From Chamaesiphon sp. (lineage in GTDB: Bacteria > Cyanobacteriota > Cyanobacteriia > Cyanobacteriales > Chamaesiphonaceae), in assembly GCA_965246715.1 (NCBI GenBank), contig CBDFFH010000051.1, positions 64,001 through 128,000 of the forward strand: a DNA stretch of 64,000 bases. The letters run 5' to 3'. The position numbers were made by a program, and so were the translations under genes. Positions 41,400 through 51,379 of this stretch are shown here, one piece after another (the stretch's first letter is position 1; every line of letters begins with the position of its first letter). Under the pieces are notes generated by a model. It ran no database searches. It had not been told where the DNA came from and saw nothing but the letters and a program-made list of their open reading frames with translations.

Positions 41400-42098
41400 A
41401 TGCGTTTTCTAATTTATGGACTTGGTTTAAATATCACACTGTGCGGATTGCTGTCGCCAAATTTAGCAATGGCTGCGCCAACATCGCCAGTCGCAATCTT
41501 ACCAGCGCCGAGTCAGCAATTAGAACTCACACCAACCTCGATCGAGGAGGGCACGGTAATTCAAGGTAATGGCGTAGAATTCACAGTCCCGAATGGATTT
41601 GAAGGTGGTGCTCCATCTGATACTCAGACGAAAACGCTCATCCAGGAGACCGTAAAAATGTTTCCTTCGATGGGATCTTTTGTAGAAATGTTAGACCGCG
41701 ATCCGGGGACATTTCGCGCGATTGCCATGAATACTAGCGCAACTAACGCTAATCCCAGTATCGTACTCATCACGCGCTTACCAGTCCCCGCAGATACCTC
41801 TTTGACATATCTGCAAGAGGCAATGGCCAAAATGATGCCTGCGATGCTGCCAGCAGGCTTTAAGTTAACCGACAGTCGAGTAGTTAAGATTGGAGATCGC
41901 CAAATCGTTAAATTAGCAATCTCTGGCAATATTCAAGGCACTAAGCTTAAAGAGTCGATCGCGTTATTAAAAGAAGGCGATGATGTCTTTCAAATTACCT
42001 ACGTATTTGACGATCGAAATGCCCGCCAAGCTCGTCCGGTGTTCGAGCGGATGGTGCGCACGTTTAAAGCTGATTCTACAGTAGCGACGGGTAACTAG
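41400..42098 (+). CDS. Hypothetical secreted protein
   Basis: Signal peptide ending AMA; ATG 41400. Confidence 0.72.
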   Translation: MRFLIYGLGLNITLCGLLSPNLAMAAPTSPVAILPAPSQQLELTPTSIEEGTVIQGNGVEFTVPNGFEGGAPSDTQTKTLIQETVKMFPSMGSFVEMLDRDPGTFRAIAMNTSATNANPSIVLITRLPVPADTSLTYLQEAMAKMMPAMLPAGFKLTDSRVVKIGDRQIVKLAISGNIQGTKLKESIALLKEGDDVFQITYVFDDRNARQARPVFERMVRTFKADSTVATGN

Positions 42099-42252
42099 CA
42101 GTTGAAGCTGGGTTTCGATGTAGTATTGCCGATCGAGTTTAACTGCGCTTGTATCTATGTACGGCATCAATGTAGATTAAAGTTAAATAAATACTTTATT
42201 GTCGAACGGCTTGGCGGCGGCAATCGGTAAATACTATTAACTTTGGTCGCAC

Positions 42253-43905
42253 ATGCCTACAATCGACGCTGGATTTGAACATTCGATCGAGATCGAAGCA
42301 AGCGCACTTGCCGCACTGAGGGAGCGTGGCTCTACGGATCCGATTATCGCTGCGATCGATGTGGGGACGAACTCGATTCACATGGTTGTGGTGCGGATCG
42401 TGGCAAAGTTGCCAGCTTTTAGTATCATCGCCCGCGAGAAGGAAACAGTGCGATTAGGAGATCGGGATCCGCAGACCGGAAATCTCACCCCAGAGGCGAT
42501 CTCCCGCGCATTTGGCGCGCTCAAACGGTGCCAGGAGATTGCCAAAAGTCTCAACACCCAACAGATTTTAGCCGTAGCGACGAGTGCGGTGCGTGAAGCG
42601 CCAAATGGCTATGATTTCATCCGCTCGATCGAAGCAGAATTAGGTTTGGCAGTTAATTTAATTTCTGGACAAGAGGAAGCGCGCCGGATCTATTTGGGCG
42701 TATTATCAGGAGTCGAGTTTAATGACAAACCCCATATCATCATCGATATCGGTGGCGGTTCGACGGAATTAATCCTGGGAGACAGTCACGAACCACGTAC
42801 CCTCAGCAGTACCAAAATCGGTGCGGTGCGACTTACCGCCGAGTTTATTACTAACAATCCTGTCAGCGATCGAGCGTTTATTTATCTTCAAGCCTTCGTG
42901 CGCGGACAATTAGAGCGGGCGATCGAAGATATCAAAGCCAATCTCCAATCGGGCGAACTGCCAAAAATGGTGGGGACTTCTGGGACGATCGAAACACTCG
43001 CTACCATTCTCAACCTGGATAAAAACGGTCATGCTCCCGATCGGATTCATGGCTCGCAAATCCACCTGCCCGAACTCCGCAATCTCATCAATCGCTTGCG
43101 CCGGATGACAATTGCCGAGCGTACCGCGATCGAAGGCATCTCCGAGCGCCGTGCCGAAATTATCGTTGCTGGGGCTGTCGTCCTACAAGAAGCAATGGCC
43201 ATGCTGGGGATGCAATCGCTGTCAGTTTGCGAACGGAGCCTGCGGGAGGGCACGATCGTCGATTGGATGCTGACGCAGGGGCTGATTGAGGATCGCCTCA
43301 AATATCAGGGTTCGATTCGCGAACGCAGTACGCTCAAAATTGCTGGTAAATATGGTGTTGATTTACCGCACAGTCAGCGAGTCGCCGATCTCGCGCTGAG
43401 TCTATTCGATCGCACCTTGGGCATCTTGCATCATTGGGATCGATCGATTCGCCAATTACTCTGGAGTGCGGCGATTCTGCACAATAGCGGTCACTTTGTC
43501 AGTCATGATGCCCATCACAAACATTCTTATTATCTGATTCGCTATGGCGAGCTGCTGGGTTATACCGAATCAGAGATCGATATTATTGCCAATGTCGCTC
43601 GCTACCATCGCAAAAGTCCGCCGAAAAAGAAGCATCAGAATTTACAAAATCTCTCGAAAGAGCAACGCTCGATCGTCTCCCAACTTAGTGCGATTTTACG
43701 CATCGCGGTAGCACTCGATCGGCGCAGAATTGGGGCGGTTAAAGATCTCAGCATCGATTGCAATCTGACTACCCGTGAGTGTCAGCTAACATTTTTCCCT
43801 ACCGATCCAAATGATGAGTGCGAGTTGGAGTGCTGGAGTTTGGATTTCAAAAAGCCCGTATTTGAGGCTGAGTTCGGTCTCAAGTTATCAACAACTAGAG
43901 GTTAG
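42253..43905 (+). CDS. ppx: Exopolyphosphatase Ppx/GppA
   Basis: AIDVGTNS, ATSAVREAPN, DIGGGSTE, SLREG, HD-like C-terminus. Confidence 0.94.
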   Translation: MPTIDAGFEHSIEIEASALAALRERGSTDPIIAAIDVGTNSIHMVVVRIVAKLPAFSIIAREKETVRLGDRDPQTGNLTPEAISRAFGALKRCQEIAKSLNTQQILAVATSAVREAPNGYDFIRSIEAELGLAVNLISGQEEARRIYLGVLSGVEFNDKPHIIIDIGGGSTELILGDSHEPRTLSSTKIGAVRLTAEFITNNPVSDRAFIYLQAFVRGQLERAIEDIKANLQSGELPKMVGTSGTIETLATILNLDKNGHAPDRIHGSQIHLPELRNLINRLRRMTIAERTAIEGISERRAEIIVAGAVVLQEAMAMLGMQSLSVCERSLREGTIVDWMLTQGLIEDRLKYQGSIRERSTLKIAGKYGVDLPHSQRVADLALSLFDRTLGILHHWDRSIRQLLWSAAILHNSGHFVSHDAHHKHSYYLIRYGELLGYTESEIDIIANVARYHRKSPPKKKHQNLQNLSKEQRSIVSQLSAILRIAVALDRRRIGAVKDLSIDCNLTTRECQLTFFPTDPNDECELECWSLDFKKPVFEAEFGLKLSTTRG

Positions 43906-44100
43906 AGCACCAGGCCAAATTTTTACGTTGCATTTCTCAATGCTAATGTGAATGCTACACTCAGAAATTATATAGAAATCCTTTAGAACCTATAGTTTGG
44001 TGACATAAGTTACAGTTATATCCGTCCGCTATGCCATAATCAGGATAAGAACACACATTAGGCAAGTAACAACGTGTAAATAACCACAGGGAGGACGAGC

Positions 44101-44256
44101 ATGATTGAAAAGATCGCATTAGCACTCGTTATCACATTCGCATTATACTGGAGCGTCCAGAATAGACCACAACAACGATCGGTTGGAATTGCCAGCGATC
44201 GTCAGGTACAGACAGTCGCATTAGTTGAGAGTTTGAGATTAGACAGTGTTTTATAG
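44101..44256 (+). CDS. Small 51-aa single-helix membrane/secreted protein, below the ORF-track cutoff
   Basis: GGGAGGA RBS 5 nt before ATG; MIEKIALALVITFALYWSVQNRPQQRSVGIASDRQVQTVALVESLRLDSVL*. Confidence 0.65.
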   Translation: MIEKIALALVITFALYWSVQNRPQQRSVGIASDRQVQTVALVESLRLDSVL

Positions 44257-44407
44257 GATCGAGACAAGTCGATCGATGAGAATGGATTCAACTCTGGGTA
44301 ATATTATTCTGATGTTTGAGATCCCTTCTCCAATTTAGCTAAGGTTGTTCGCAGCGATCGTGGATACGATTCTGGTACAGTAAAAACAGCTACTAGATCT
44401 TTATGCC

Positions 44408-45139
44408 ATGTCACATCTTCGTTCTTATTTCGTTCGCGTAGCGTCCGCTGTGCGGAGAGAGTTTATACTAACTCTAGCCATTATTACGATTACATTTCAG
44501 CTATCGATCGCGCCCGCGCAAGCTACCGCGCTTTACGAGATCCCGACTGTTTCCGCAGGTGTACCCACTTGGATTGTCGATAAAGCTGATATTTTGAGTT
44601 TATCGACCAAAGGCAAAGTTAAAGGTACTCTCGAACAACTTGCCAAGCAAACTGGGAAAGAAGTCCGATTTGTCACGATTCATCGGCTCGACTATGGCGA
44701 AACCATTCAGACGTTGACAGATAAACTGTTTAAGAAATGGTTCCCAGATTCAGAACAACAAGCAAATCAGGCATTAATCGTACTGGATAACGTCACGAAC
44801 ACCATTGGTATTCAAGCTGGCGAGGCGGTTAAATCTACCCTCTCAGACGCGATCTCCACGAGTATTACTACCGAAACAATGCAAGTCCCCTTGCGTGATG
44901 GGAACAAGTACAATCAATCTGTCAGCGATGCTGCCGATCGATTAGTTGCGGTACTATCAGGACAAGCAGATCCTGGGCCGCCAGTCATTAAAGCCGCACC
45001 CGAAGTGGGTAGAACTTATTTAAAGGCAGAAGAAACCGAAGCCAATCGCAGTAATTTTCTAATTATTGTAATTGGACTATTAATCGCTGCGACCGTGATT
45101 CCGATGGCAACTTGGTGGTGGTATCAAACTCAAGATTAG
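44408..45139 (+). CDS. psb32: TPM-domain photosystem II repair protein Psb32
   Basis: FVTIHRLDYGET, KYNQ, LSGQADPGPP, C-terminal TM LLIAATVIPMATW. Confidence 0.85.
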   Translation: MSHLRSYFVRVASAVRREFILTLAIITITFQLSIAPAQATALYEIPTVSAGVPTWIVDKADILSLSTKGKVKGTLEQLAKQTGKEVRFVTIHRLDYGETIQTLTDKLFKKWFPDSEQQANQALIVLDNVTNTIGIQAGEAVKSTLSDAISTSITTETMQVPLRDGNKYNQSVSDAADRLVAVLSGQADPGPPVIKAAPEVGRTYLKAEETEANRSNFLIIVIGLLIAATVIPMATWWWYQTQD

Positions 45140-45204
45140 ATCTCAATCTTTGCAGCCTACCGCTGACTCTCATCAACTGGGAACTTAGGGGTAGGTTTGC
45201 CATA

Positions 45205-46221
45205 CGGCACTTCCGGTTGTTACGAGGTACAATAGCAGCAATTAGTAAACCAATTTCTGAGATGTTGAGGATCGATTAACCCAATTGCAAGTGAAATTAT
45301 TCTATCCACCATAATTGTCGTAGTAGGTGAAAACATTCGTAAAAAAGACTTGAGCTGTGACCACCATAACTCAATTGGGTTAAAATCAGGTGAGTATGGG
45401 GAGAGGAAAATAACAGAAGCACCGACAGCTTCAATCATTGGGATAATGGAATCGAATTTGTGTGAGGATAAATTATCCATTACGACAACGGCACCTGGCC
45501 ATAGCTCCGGCACTAGAAAATCCTTAACAAATAATTCAAAAGCTCTACTATCCATTGAATTATCCATTGTCATCAATGCTACAACTTTTTCAATGCTAAT
45601 TGCGCCGATAGCGGTAACTTTTGCACCTCGATAGAATGGGGTAAAAGTATATGCTCTTGTTCCCCGCTGTGACCGAGCATGAGTTCTGGCTAAACCAAGC
45701 AGAATACCAGTTTCATCTAAAAACACTAAGTTTTTCACGTCGATATTTTTAACCGATTCCCAATAATCTACTCTCAAATTTAGGACTCTTTCTGTTGTAG
45801 CTTGGGTGCTCCTTTCCGTTTTTTTTTACGACTTAAGCCTAATTTTCGTAATGCGTCACTCATGGCACTTCGACCAACCCAATTGCCAGTTTTATCAGCG
45901 AAAAATTCACACAGTTCAGCCAAAGTTGCATCGGGATGTTCGGCAACTAATTCTCTTAACTCTACTTCAGCATTTGTCAGGTAACTTAATCGTGGTTTAC
46001 CTGGCTTTTTAGGCTGTAAGTTTCCTTCAAGCTTATGTTGTCTGACTAGCTTTTGGACAAAGCTTTTGCTAACAGTAAATATGCTAGCAACCGCTCTAAT
46101 TGAGTGATGGCGATCGAGATGTGCCGCAACTATTTTTTCTCGAAGATCGACTGAAAATGCTTTCATTATTGAATGTATCTTTACTATCTTTTGGCGTACC
46201 TCATGACTAACGGAAGTGCTG
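45205..46221 (-). mobile_element. IS630-family insertion sequence
   Basis: Imperfect TIRs CGGCACTTCCGGTTGTTACGAGGTAC vs CAGCACTTCCGTTAGTCATGAGGTAC; flanked by TA at 45203-4 and 46222-3. Confidence 0.9.
45220..46166 (-). CDS. tnp: IS630 transposase in two frames (HTH orfA 45780-46166, DDE orfB), joined by a -1 shift at an A9 run
   Basis: MKAFSVDLREKI HTH; LVFLDETG, VMDNLSSH, YSPDFNPIE; A9 at 45809-45817. Confidence 0.88.
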
Positions 46222-46224
46222 TAT

Positions 46225-46341
46225 CTAATCTCGAACGTATTCGCGATCGGAGAGCAAAGCAATCTCCGCACGCACTAATTCTTGCCCCCAATAAGCAGCA
46301 CGATCGAACATGCCGACCAGACAAGGTGGATTGTGCTCGAA
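46225..46341 (-). repeat. Diverged tandem duplicate of the last 117 nt of the DUF4346 gene
   Basis: 105/117 nt identical to 46351-46467 by manual alignment; period 126 nt. Confidence 0.92.
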
Positions 46342-46350
46342 GTAGTACCT

Positions 46351-46734
46351 TTAATCTTGAACGTATTCTGCACCGGAGAGCAAAGCAATCTCCGCACGCA
46401 CTAATTCTCGCCCCAAATAAGCAGCATGATCGAACATGCTGACCAGACAAGGTTGAGTGTGCTCGAATAATTTCACACATACTTCCTTAGCAGTTCTCCC
46501 TGTAAATAGAGTCGTGCCAGTCCGAGTAACTTTGCCTTTTGCGGGGATAACTTTGCCAGTTTCGGGATCGACTGCCAAACCACGATCGTTGATGATATTA
46601 GTGTAATGTTTGGCGCAGATTAAACCAGCTTCGCGATCGATATAAATAATAAAGTAGCCATCGGGATCGAGATCGATATGTCGATTCGATAGTTCGCGAT
46701 CGAGCGCGGTTAAATTATCGGTTAATAAAGTCAT
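46351..46734 (-). CDS. DUF4346 domain protein
   Basis: IDLDPDGYFII, DHAAYLGRELVRAE, C-terminal YVQD. Confidence 0.85.
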   Translation of the reverse strand: MTLLTDNLTALDRELSNRHIDLDPDGYFIIYIDREAGLICAKHYTNIINDRGLAVDPETGKVIPAKGKVTRTGTTLFTGRTAKEVCVKLFEHTQPCLVSMFDHAAYLGRELVRAEIALLSGAEYVQD

Positions 46735-46859
46735 AACTTGTTAATGAAATAGCTATATCAGATCTAGATTAACCGATTTATTCCCGATCTGGCTTGTTTT
46801 CAGCGAATTATCGATTTTTTTTGGCATAAATACCGCATTCGATCTAAGATTTTAGACCT

Positions 46860-48014
46860 ATGTTAATCGAGTCTTTACCTAGATCGAATAATGTTGTGGT
46901 GAATCCAACTGCCAAACAGACAGTGAATCTTACCAAAATCAGAACTACCCTAGGCTGTATCGACCGACCGTATTGGTTTCTAACAGGCAGTATCTTACTG
47001 GTGTCGACACCAACAGCAATTGCAATTATTTTGGCTCGGACGCAATTTACGGATGCTGCTACCGATCCAAGAATAACCCAAACCTGTGCGATGAGTGGTA
47101 TTCATGACTTCGTAGAAGATCTACGAGATCGATTGTATGAATATTCGCGAGCCGCTCCACAGAGCACGATCGAGCATCATCCATCTACTTGGCGACGGAC
47201 TATTGATTTCACCCAACCGATTTTACCTACTCACAAAACATTAAATAAAGTTCCGTTTGTATTTGTTAGTGGCGGTAGACTAACGACAATTCACGCCCCA
47301 AAACCCGAACAAGTAGCAAACATAATCGAGCGGAATAATATTGTTGCCGGGATCGATGGCGCTTTCTTTATGATGCATGATTCTGATTCAAATCAGTTAG
47401 TCGGCCCCTCATTGAGTCAAACCGATCGGGAATTTCATCCCGGTACCGCTTACGAAGTAATCAAGAGTGCGGGTCGTCCCTTGGTATTAATGAGTGCAGA
47501 TACGGTTAAGTTTATGCCGTTCGACCCCAAATTACACAATACACTAGAAGGTGTTCGGAGCGAGCTACCAAATGTAACTGAGACATTTATCGCCGCAGGT
47601 TGGCTGGTGCAAAAAGGTAAGCCCCAAACTTTAGAGAGCTTTGGTAATCTTTATAAAGCTAATGAAGCGCGGTATCGAGCTTTTTGGGGATTCGACAGTC
47701 AGGGTAAACCAGTCTTGGGAATTTCAACTAGGAATATCGGTGCGGTAGAGCTAGGTGAGGTATTAGCCCGAGAGGGTTGGCAAGAGGCGGTAATGGTAGA
47801 TTCCGGACAGAGTACTTCGCTAGCTTATCAAGGAAAATCGCTCGTGCCGGGATATTTGCCCCGTCCGGTACCTCACGTTGTCGGTTTATTGCCACCAGCT
47901 CCGAAGTTAACGGGTGTGAATGATTGTCTCCCATTTAACTCAAAATCAGCCGATCTTAAAACTTCGAGTTCGGTAACTCAAGTATCCACACGGAATGTTG
48001 CACGAATGAAGTAA
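46860..48014 (+). CDS. Phosphodiester glycosidase (NAGPA-like) domain protein
   Basis: AGIDGAFF, AAGWLV..G, YRAFWG, AVMVDSGQSTSL. Confidence 0.65.
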   Translation: MLIESLPRSNNVVVNPTAKQTVNLTKIRTTLGCIDRPYWFLTGSILLVSTPTAIAIILARTQFTDAATDPRITQTCAMSGIHDFVEDLRDRLYEYSRAAPQSTIEHHPSTWRRTIDFTQPILPTHKTLNKVPFVFVSGGRLTTIHAPKPEQVANIIERNNIVAGIDGAFFMMHDSDSNQLVGPSLSQTDREFHPGTAYEVIKSAGRPLVLMSADTVKFMPFDPKLHNTLEGVRSELPNVTETFIAAGWLVQKGKPQTLESFGNLYKANEARYRAFWGFDSQGKPVLGISTRNIGAVELGEVLAREGWQEAVMVDSGQSTSLAYQGKSLVPGYLPRPVPHVVGLLPPAPKLTGVNDCLPFNSKSADLKTSSSVTQVSTRNVARMK

Positions 48015-48119
48015 TTTGTCCGATCGCAATCGTTGATGCAACAGCGGATGTTTGCATATCTGCTACGATCGAAGTTGGCTGTTGCAACAGTTAACTTCGA
48101 TCGCAAACTACTGCGGCTC

Positions 48120-48249
48120 CAATACTTCTTGGTTAATCTAAAAACTAGTTAGTCCGCGTAGGCAGGCTTTTGCCGCGAGCGGCAACAACCGGACTTGGCT
48201 TCACTAGCGGCGACTTCAGTCGCTAGCAGTTCTTAACCGAGAAGTATTG
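48120..48249. mobile_element. 130-bp MITE (IS4-like termini; family is inference)
   Basis: TIRs CAATACTTCTTGGTTAA / TTAACCGAGAAGTATTG; 10-bp TSD ACTGCGGCTC/ACTGCAGCTC. Confidence 0.85.
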
Positions 48250-48320
48250 ACTGCAGCTCTAATTAACTTCCTGTTGATATCGATCGATTTGGTAAAACTA
48301 TCGATTAATTAACGAATTTC

Positions 48321-48530
48321 TTATAAATTATATTGCTGATGAGATCGAGCGTTAGCAATAGCTTTACCCTGGACGTACACGTTCATCAGCCACAAACAAG
48401 CCGCCTTATTTAGGTCGGTCTTTGATTCGATCTGATGAGATAGTAAATGTGTATGCCAGTGATTTAATTTATCTGGATTCTTATCGATATAGATCCAGGC
48501 AGCAACAACATAATCTGGTTTTTGAGACAT
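48321..48530 (-). CDS. Possible small hypothetical protein
   Basis: 69-aa ATG ORF in an otherwise empty gap; no motif recognised. Confidence 0.35.
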   Translation of the reverse strand: MSQKPDYVVAAWIYIDKNPDKLNHWHTHLLSHQIESKTDLNKAACLWLMNVYVQGKAIANARSHQQYNL

Positions 48531-48789
48531 CGATTTTATAAAGCGAACAGAGTGAGTTATTTTTTGACGATTGACTATCGTAGTATAAATTATTTTTTCA
48601 AAAAACTAGACTGTGGATGTATTCAAACGATCGCTTTCTCGAAAAATAATAGCATAAGTAACCTCTGGTTAGGGGTCGAGTCGGTACAAGTGCTGGCTTT
48701 ATTTGCATCGCTGGTAAAACCTCCGTGTTTGCTTGGGTAACGGCGCTGCTGGAGCAGCGCCGATCGAGAATCGATGTGTGGATTACTGC

Positions 48790-50679
48790 TTACCTGCGAG
48801 CGCGAGTTTTACGCCGAACTGGCCGATCTCCATCCTGAGTTTTAGTCTTGTCCTTGTCCTTATCCGTTGGTAGCGGTTTGCCACCATTAAAGTAAGCTTC
48901 CATGACCTTGAGTACCATTGGCGCGGCAGTTTTACCACCACCACCACCAGTATGTTCGCCGAAAGCGACCACGACAATTTCCGGTTTTTCCGCTGGTGCA
49001 TAGGAACCAAACCAAACATGGGAAGGGCCAGGCGGTGCTTCGGCAGTACCACTTTTTCCAGCCGCATGAGGGATTGTCGGCGAATTCATCACCGCACCAG
49101 TACCGCCATCGACGACTTCACGCAAACCTTTGCGAATCGTCGCGATCGTGCTGGGTTTGAGATGCATCGATTGGCGTACTTCCCGTTTGGGATCTCGAAT
49201 CAGATGCGGTTGGACGCGATAGCCACCATTGGCGGGGACGGCAAACATCCCAATTACTTGAATCGGCGTAATTTGGAGAAAGCCTTGACCGATCGACATA
49301 TTAATCGTGTCCCCGATCGACCACGGGATCTTATAATTCAGTCGCTTCCACGCATCGTCAGCAACCAGTCCTTTGGCCTCTTCTGGCAGTTCGATCCCGG
49401 TCTTTGTGCCAAAGCCATATTTGCGCGTCCACTCGATCAATGTCGGCCCGCCGACGCGCTGCCCTACCTGATAGAAGAAAGTATCGCTACTCATTTTGAG
49501 GGCACCTGGAAAGCCTAGCGGCCCAAATCCAGCGTGATTCCAGTCAGCAAAGGTAAAACCGCCGATCGTAATCGAAGGATAGGTTTGCAGAATCGTATCC
49601 GGCTTAAACTTACCCGATTCTAAGGCAGCGGTAGTCGTGATAATTTTGAAGGTACTAGCAGGTGGAAACGGGCGCAGCGCGCGATTGACAAAGGGGTGAT
49701 CCTGACCCTGGAGTTGCTTCCAAGTCGCTGGGGAAATCCTACCCGAGAGCGAATTTGGGTCAAAAGCGGGGCGACTTGCCATCGCCAAAATCTCCCCATT
49801 TCTGGGATCCATCGCAATAATTGCGGCTTTGTTCTTGCCGATCGCGTCTTCAGCAACTTTTTGTAGATCGCGATCGATCGTAATCGTGACATCCTGCCCT
49901 GGCTTAGATACTTTTTGACCCAAAAACTGCTGTAATCGACCGGCACCATCGACTTCGACTTGAGTGCCGCCCCACTCGCCCCGCAATTGAGCTTCGAGAG
50001 TAGATTCCAGCCCCATTTTGCCAGTAACGTCGCCCAATCGGTAGCCGCGATCGCGCCGTTTGGCAAGTTCCTCCCCATTCATTTCGCCCGTATAACCCAG
50101 GACGTGAGCGGCAAGTTGACCGTTGGGATAATAGCGCACCGACTCGATATCGACATCGACACCTTCTTTATCGGCACCAGATTCTCGCAATGCGGTAATT
50201 TGGCCATTCGTGAGGTCGCGCGCGATCCGGACTCGATTGGTACCTGTCATGCTGACATCTGTGAATTTTGCTTGGATGGTATCCTCGTCCAAATTCAAAA
50301 TTTCGGCAATGTGGCGGCGGGTATTCGGCCAATTTTCGCGTTTGGTGGCCATCGGCCAGACAAAGATCGAGTGGGATAATTTACTGCCAGCTAAAAGCTG
50401 TCCTTTGCGATCGTAAATATTGCCACGCACGGGAGGTTTAGCGACGGTTCGCACACGATTATTTTCAGCAATCTGACGATTTTTGGCTCCCTGACTCAAT
50501 TGAAGATAAGCCAGCCGCGAGCCGATCCCACCGATTGCCACTAAGCCGACCGTTGCTAGCAACATCCAGGCGCGATTACCCTGCCCGACAGTACGAGTTT
50601 TGTTATGGAACCCACTGGTAATACCGCTGAGGTCGCCCGATCGATCGGCTGTGAATTTGTCAGAAAATGGATTCTGCAT
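48790..50679 (-). CDS. mrdA: Penicillin-binding protein 2
   Basis: RGNIYDR, ASTFK (SxxK), SSDT, GKSGTAE motifs; N-terminal TM. Confidence 0.92.
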   Translation of the reverse strand: MQNPFSDKFTADRSGDLSGITSGFHNKTRTVGQGNRAWMLLATVGLVAIGGIGSRLAYLQLSQGAKNRQIAENNRVRTVAKPPVRGNIYDRKGQLLAGSKLSHSIFVWPMATKRENWPNTRRHIAEILNLDEDTIQAKFTDVSMTGTNRVRIARDLTNGQITALRESGADKEGVDVDIESVRYYPNGQLAAHVLGYTGEMNGEELAKRRDRGYRLGDVTGKMGLESTLEAQLRGEWGGTQVEVDGAGRLQQFLGQKVSKPGQDVTITIDRDLQKVAEDAIGKNKAAIIAMDPRNGEILAMASRPAFDPNSLSGRISPATWKQLQGQDHPFVNRALRPFPPASTFKIITTTAALESGKFKPDTILQTYPSITIGGFTFADWNHAGFGPLGFPGALKMSSDTFFYQVGQRVGGPTLIEWTRKYGFGTKTGIELPEEAKGLVADDAWKRLNYKIPWSIGDTINMSIGQGFLQITPIQVIGMFAVPANGGYRVQPHLIRDPKREVRQSMHLKPSTIATIRKGLREVVDGGTGAVMNSPTIPHAAGKSGTAEAPPGPSHVWFGSYAPAEKPEIVVVAFGEHTGGGGGKTAAPMVLKVMEAYFNGGKPLPTDKDKDKTKTQDGDRPVRRKTRARR

Positions 50680-50988
50680 AAGATTTGGGTGGACTTAAGG
50701 AAGTCGATTGCGGTGGCAGACGGCAAGCCGTTCGAGTTGTCCACGGCGATCGGGGTTAGGCGGATAGTTGGCATATTAGCCGATCTCGGTCATTTATTTG
50801 AGTAGTGGATACCACACCAATCGAGATTTAACTATACTAAGTTGACACTGAATCGATCGTTGTTGAAGATATTACTCGAACAGTGACTCGCTCTGTACTA
50901 TATTCGGTAGATCGTATACATTGCTTCGCAGCGCCAACACTCTAGACTGCGATCGTGTGATGGCTCATACTCTCCGATCGATAATTTA

Positions 50989-51303
50989 ACCTCAGTTCGG
51001 GATAAGACTTGTCCACAGCGAAGCGGCAAGCGGTATATCCCACATTCCGCTAGTCCAAGCGATCGAAAAATAATTAAAACGAAGCCATTGGATCGTAGAG
51101 ATTGTATTCTCAATAGTCTTATCCTATTAAGAATGTGCTTTCGATCGCAACAAAGAGGCTAAATCGCTAGAAAGATTGCTAAAACAGGATTATGGGTCTT
51201 ATTGTTTTTTAGCCGAACGCGCAAGCGCACCCCCAAGGGTGGTCGAACTAGCGGAATGTGGGCTGAAAAAAGCTTTGCACGATTTTTTATCCCGAACTTA
51301 CGT
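50989..51303. mobile_element. 315-bp MITE with IS982-type termini
   Basis: ACCTCAGTTCGGGATAAG / TTTATCCCGAACTTACGT; flanks TAATTTA / TAATTTC. Confidence 0.8.
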
Positions 51304-51379
51304 TAATTTCCCAAACAAAACCACCACTCAGATAAATCTCCAAGTGATGGTTTTCTTCGATCGAGAATAGCTACAGCAG

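Noticed and set aside
46225..46467. Diversity-generating retroelement TR/VR pair
   Set aside because: Only 3 of 12 mismatches are at adenines of the putative template copy, and no reverse transcriptase is in the window
46173..46480. Repeat-containing ORFs 46173..46442 (+) and 46184..46480 (-)
   Set aside because: By-products of the 126-nt duplication read in other frames
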